From positions 46,686,001-46,750,000 of the forward strand of contig OX597818.1 in assembly GCA_951406725.2 (NCBI GenBank): a stretch of DNA of 64,000 nucleotides, given 5' to 3'. The notes under the pieces were generated by a model. The model made no database searches and was not told where the DNA came from. It saw only the letters and a program-made list of their open reading frames with translations. The translations under genes were made by a program, and so were the position numbers. Below are positions 63,293 through 64,000 of the stretch, in pieces; the first letter of the stretch is position 1, and each line of letters starts with the position of its first letter. This DNA is from Octopus vulgaris. Lineage: Eukaryota.

Positions 63293-63867
63293 AACTGTGA
63301 AAGCTGATAAGGACAATTCCTATTTTTGGGGTGGTAGACTTAACTCATAATCTTGTTTAACACCTCCACCTCTATTTTGAGTGACTTTAGTGATGCCAAC
63401 TTTGTAGTATTTGATAAAGGTATCTGATCTGGGAATCCCTTTGTCTCACCAGTCGAAGTTAATGAAATGGACCATAGGGGCTACCGTTCCTCCTCTGACT
63501 AAGCAACTGTAAAATATGTTGATAAAGTTTACAGTGTTTTACTGAGCCATTCAAGACAGTGCTCCAGCATGGCTGCAGTCCAATGACTGAAACAGGTAAA
63601 AGGTAATGCCTGTCTATTTGAATAGATCATAAAATTTGTTGAGCTGTTTTAATTAAGAGTCTTTTGAAGATGGTTAATCAAGAAAGTAAGGAAACTACCC
63701 ACCAAGATATTCTTTTAAAAAGTACTATGACCAAGGTAAATGACTAGGAAAATTTAAATGTTTTCTCATAGCTATCATCTGATGAGACCTAGAAGTTAAT
63801 ATTTTGCAGTTCTTTAGCCAATTTTTACAATGTATTCTTAAGATTCAAACTTGGTCTTCAAGAACCT

Positions 63868-64000
63868 CAATTCAATTCAATTCGATTTTTATTGGCTCAA
63901 AAAGCAAAAGCAAGGCCATGTAGGAGGACAGGGAGTTATGTACAGGGAGGGTGGTCATACAAAGAGTTCAGGCCATTTCTGGTCAAGAGAGACTTTGAAC
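63868..64000 (-). mobile_element. Probable LINE 3' end with a (TTGAA)n tail
   Basis: On the minus strand, AATAAA is followed by short GAATT repeats. It runs off the window. Confidence 0.45.

Overview
This is AT-rich eukaryotic DNA dominated by repeats. It is most likely Octopus or another cephalopod; this is inferred from the tRNA-derived SINE families and the high microsatellite density. No intact protein-coding gene is supported, and most ORFs in the track are translations of microsatellites or SINEs. Recognisable content: five tRNA-headed SINE families (labelled A-E here, with shared or swapped modules); decayed mariner, Helitron, Helentron, L1/Tx1, CR1 and RTE fragments; MITEs with identifiable TSDs (TA, TTAA, 8 bp); and several tandem duplications, including a 6 x 94 bp array. 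Most notable: (1) a near-complete minimal type I hammerhead ribozyme with the U3-A8 covariant core at 55789-55849, inside a 359-bp terminally redundant unit that looks like a retrozyme, with further hammerhead-like motifs at 54-56 kb; (2) SINE-B multimers with the same junction at many loci and position-specific variants; (3) a shift to CpG-depleted sequence after about 58.7 kb, suggesting a methylated domain. All calls were made by eye, and degenerate boundaries are approximate.
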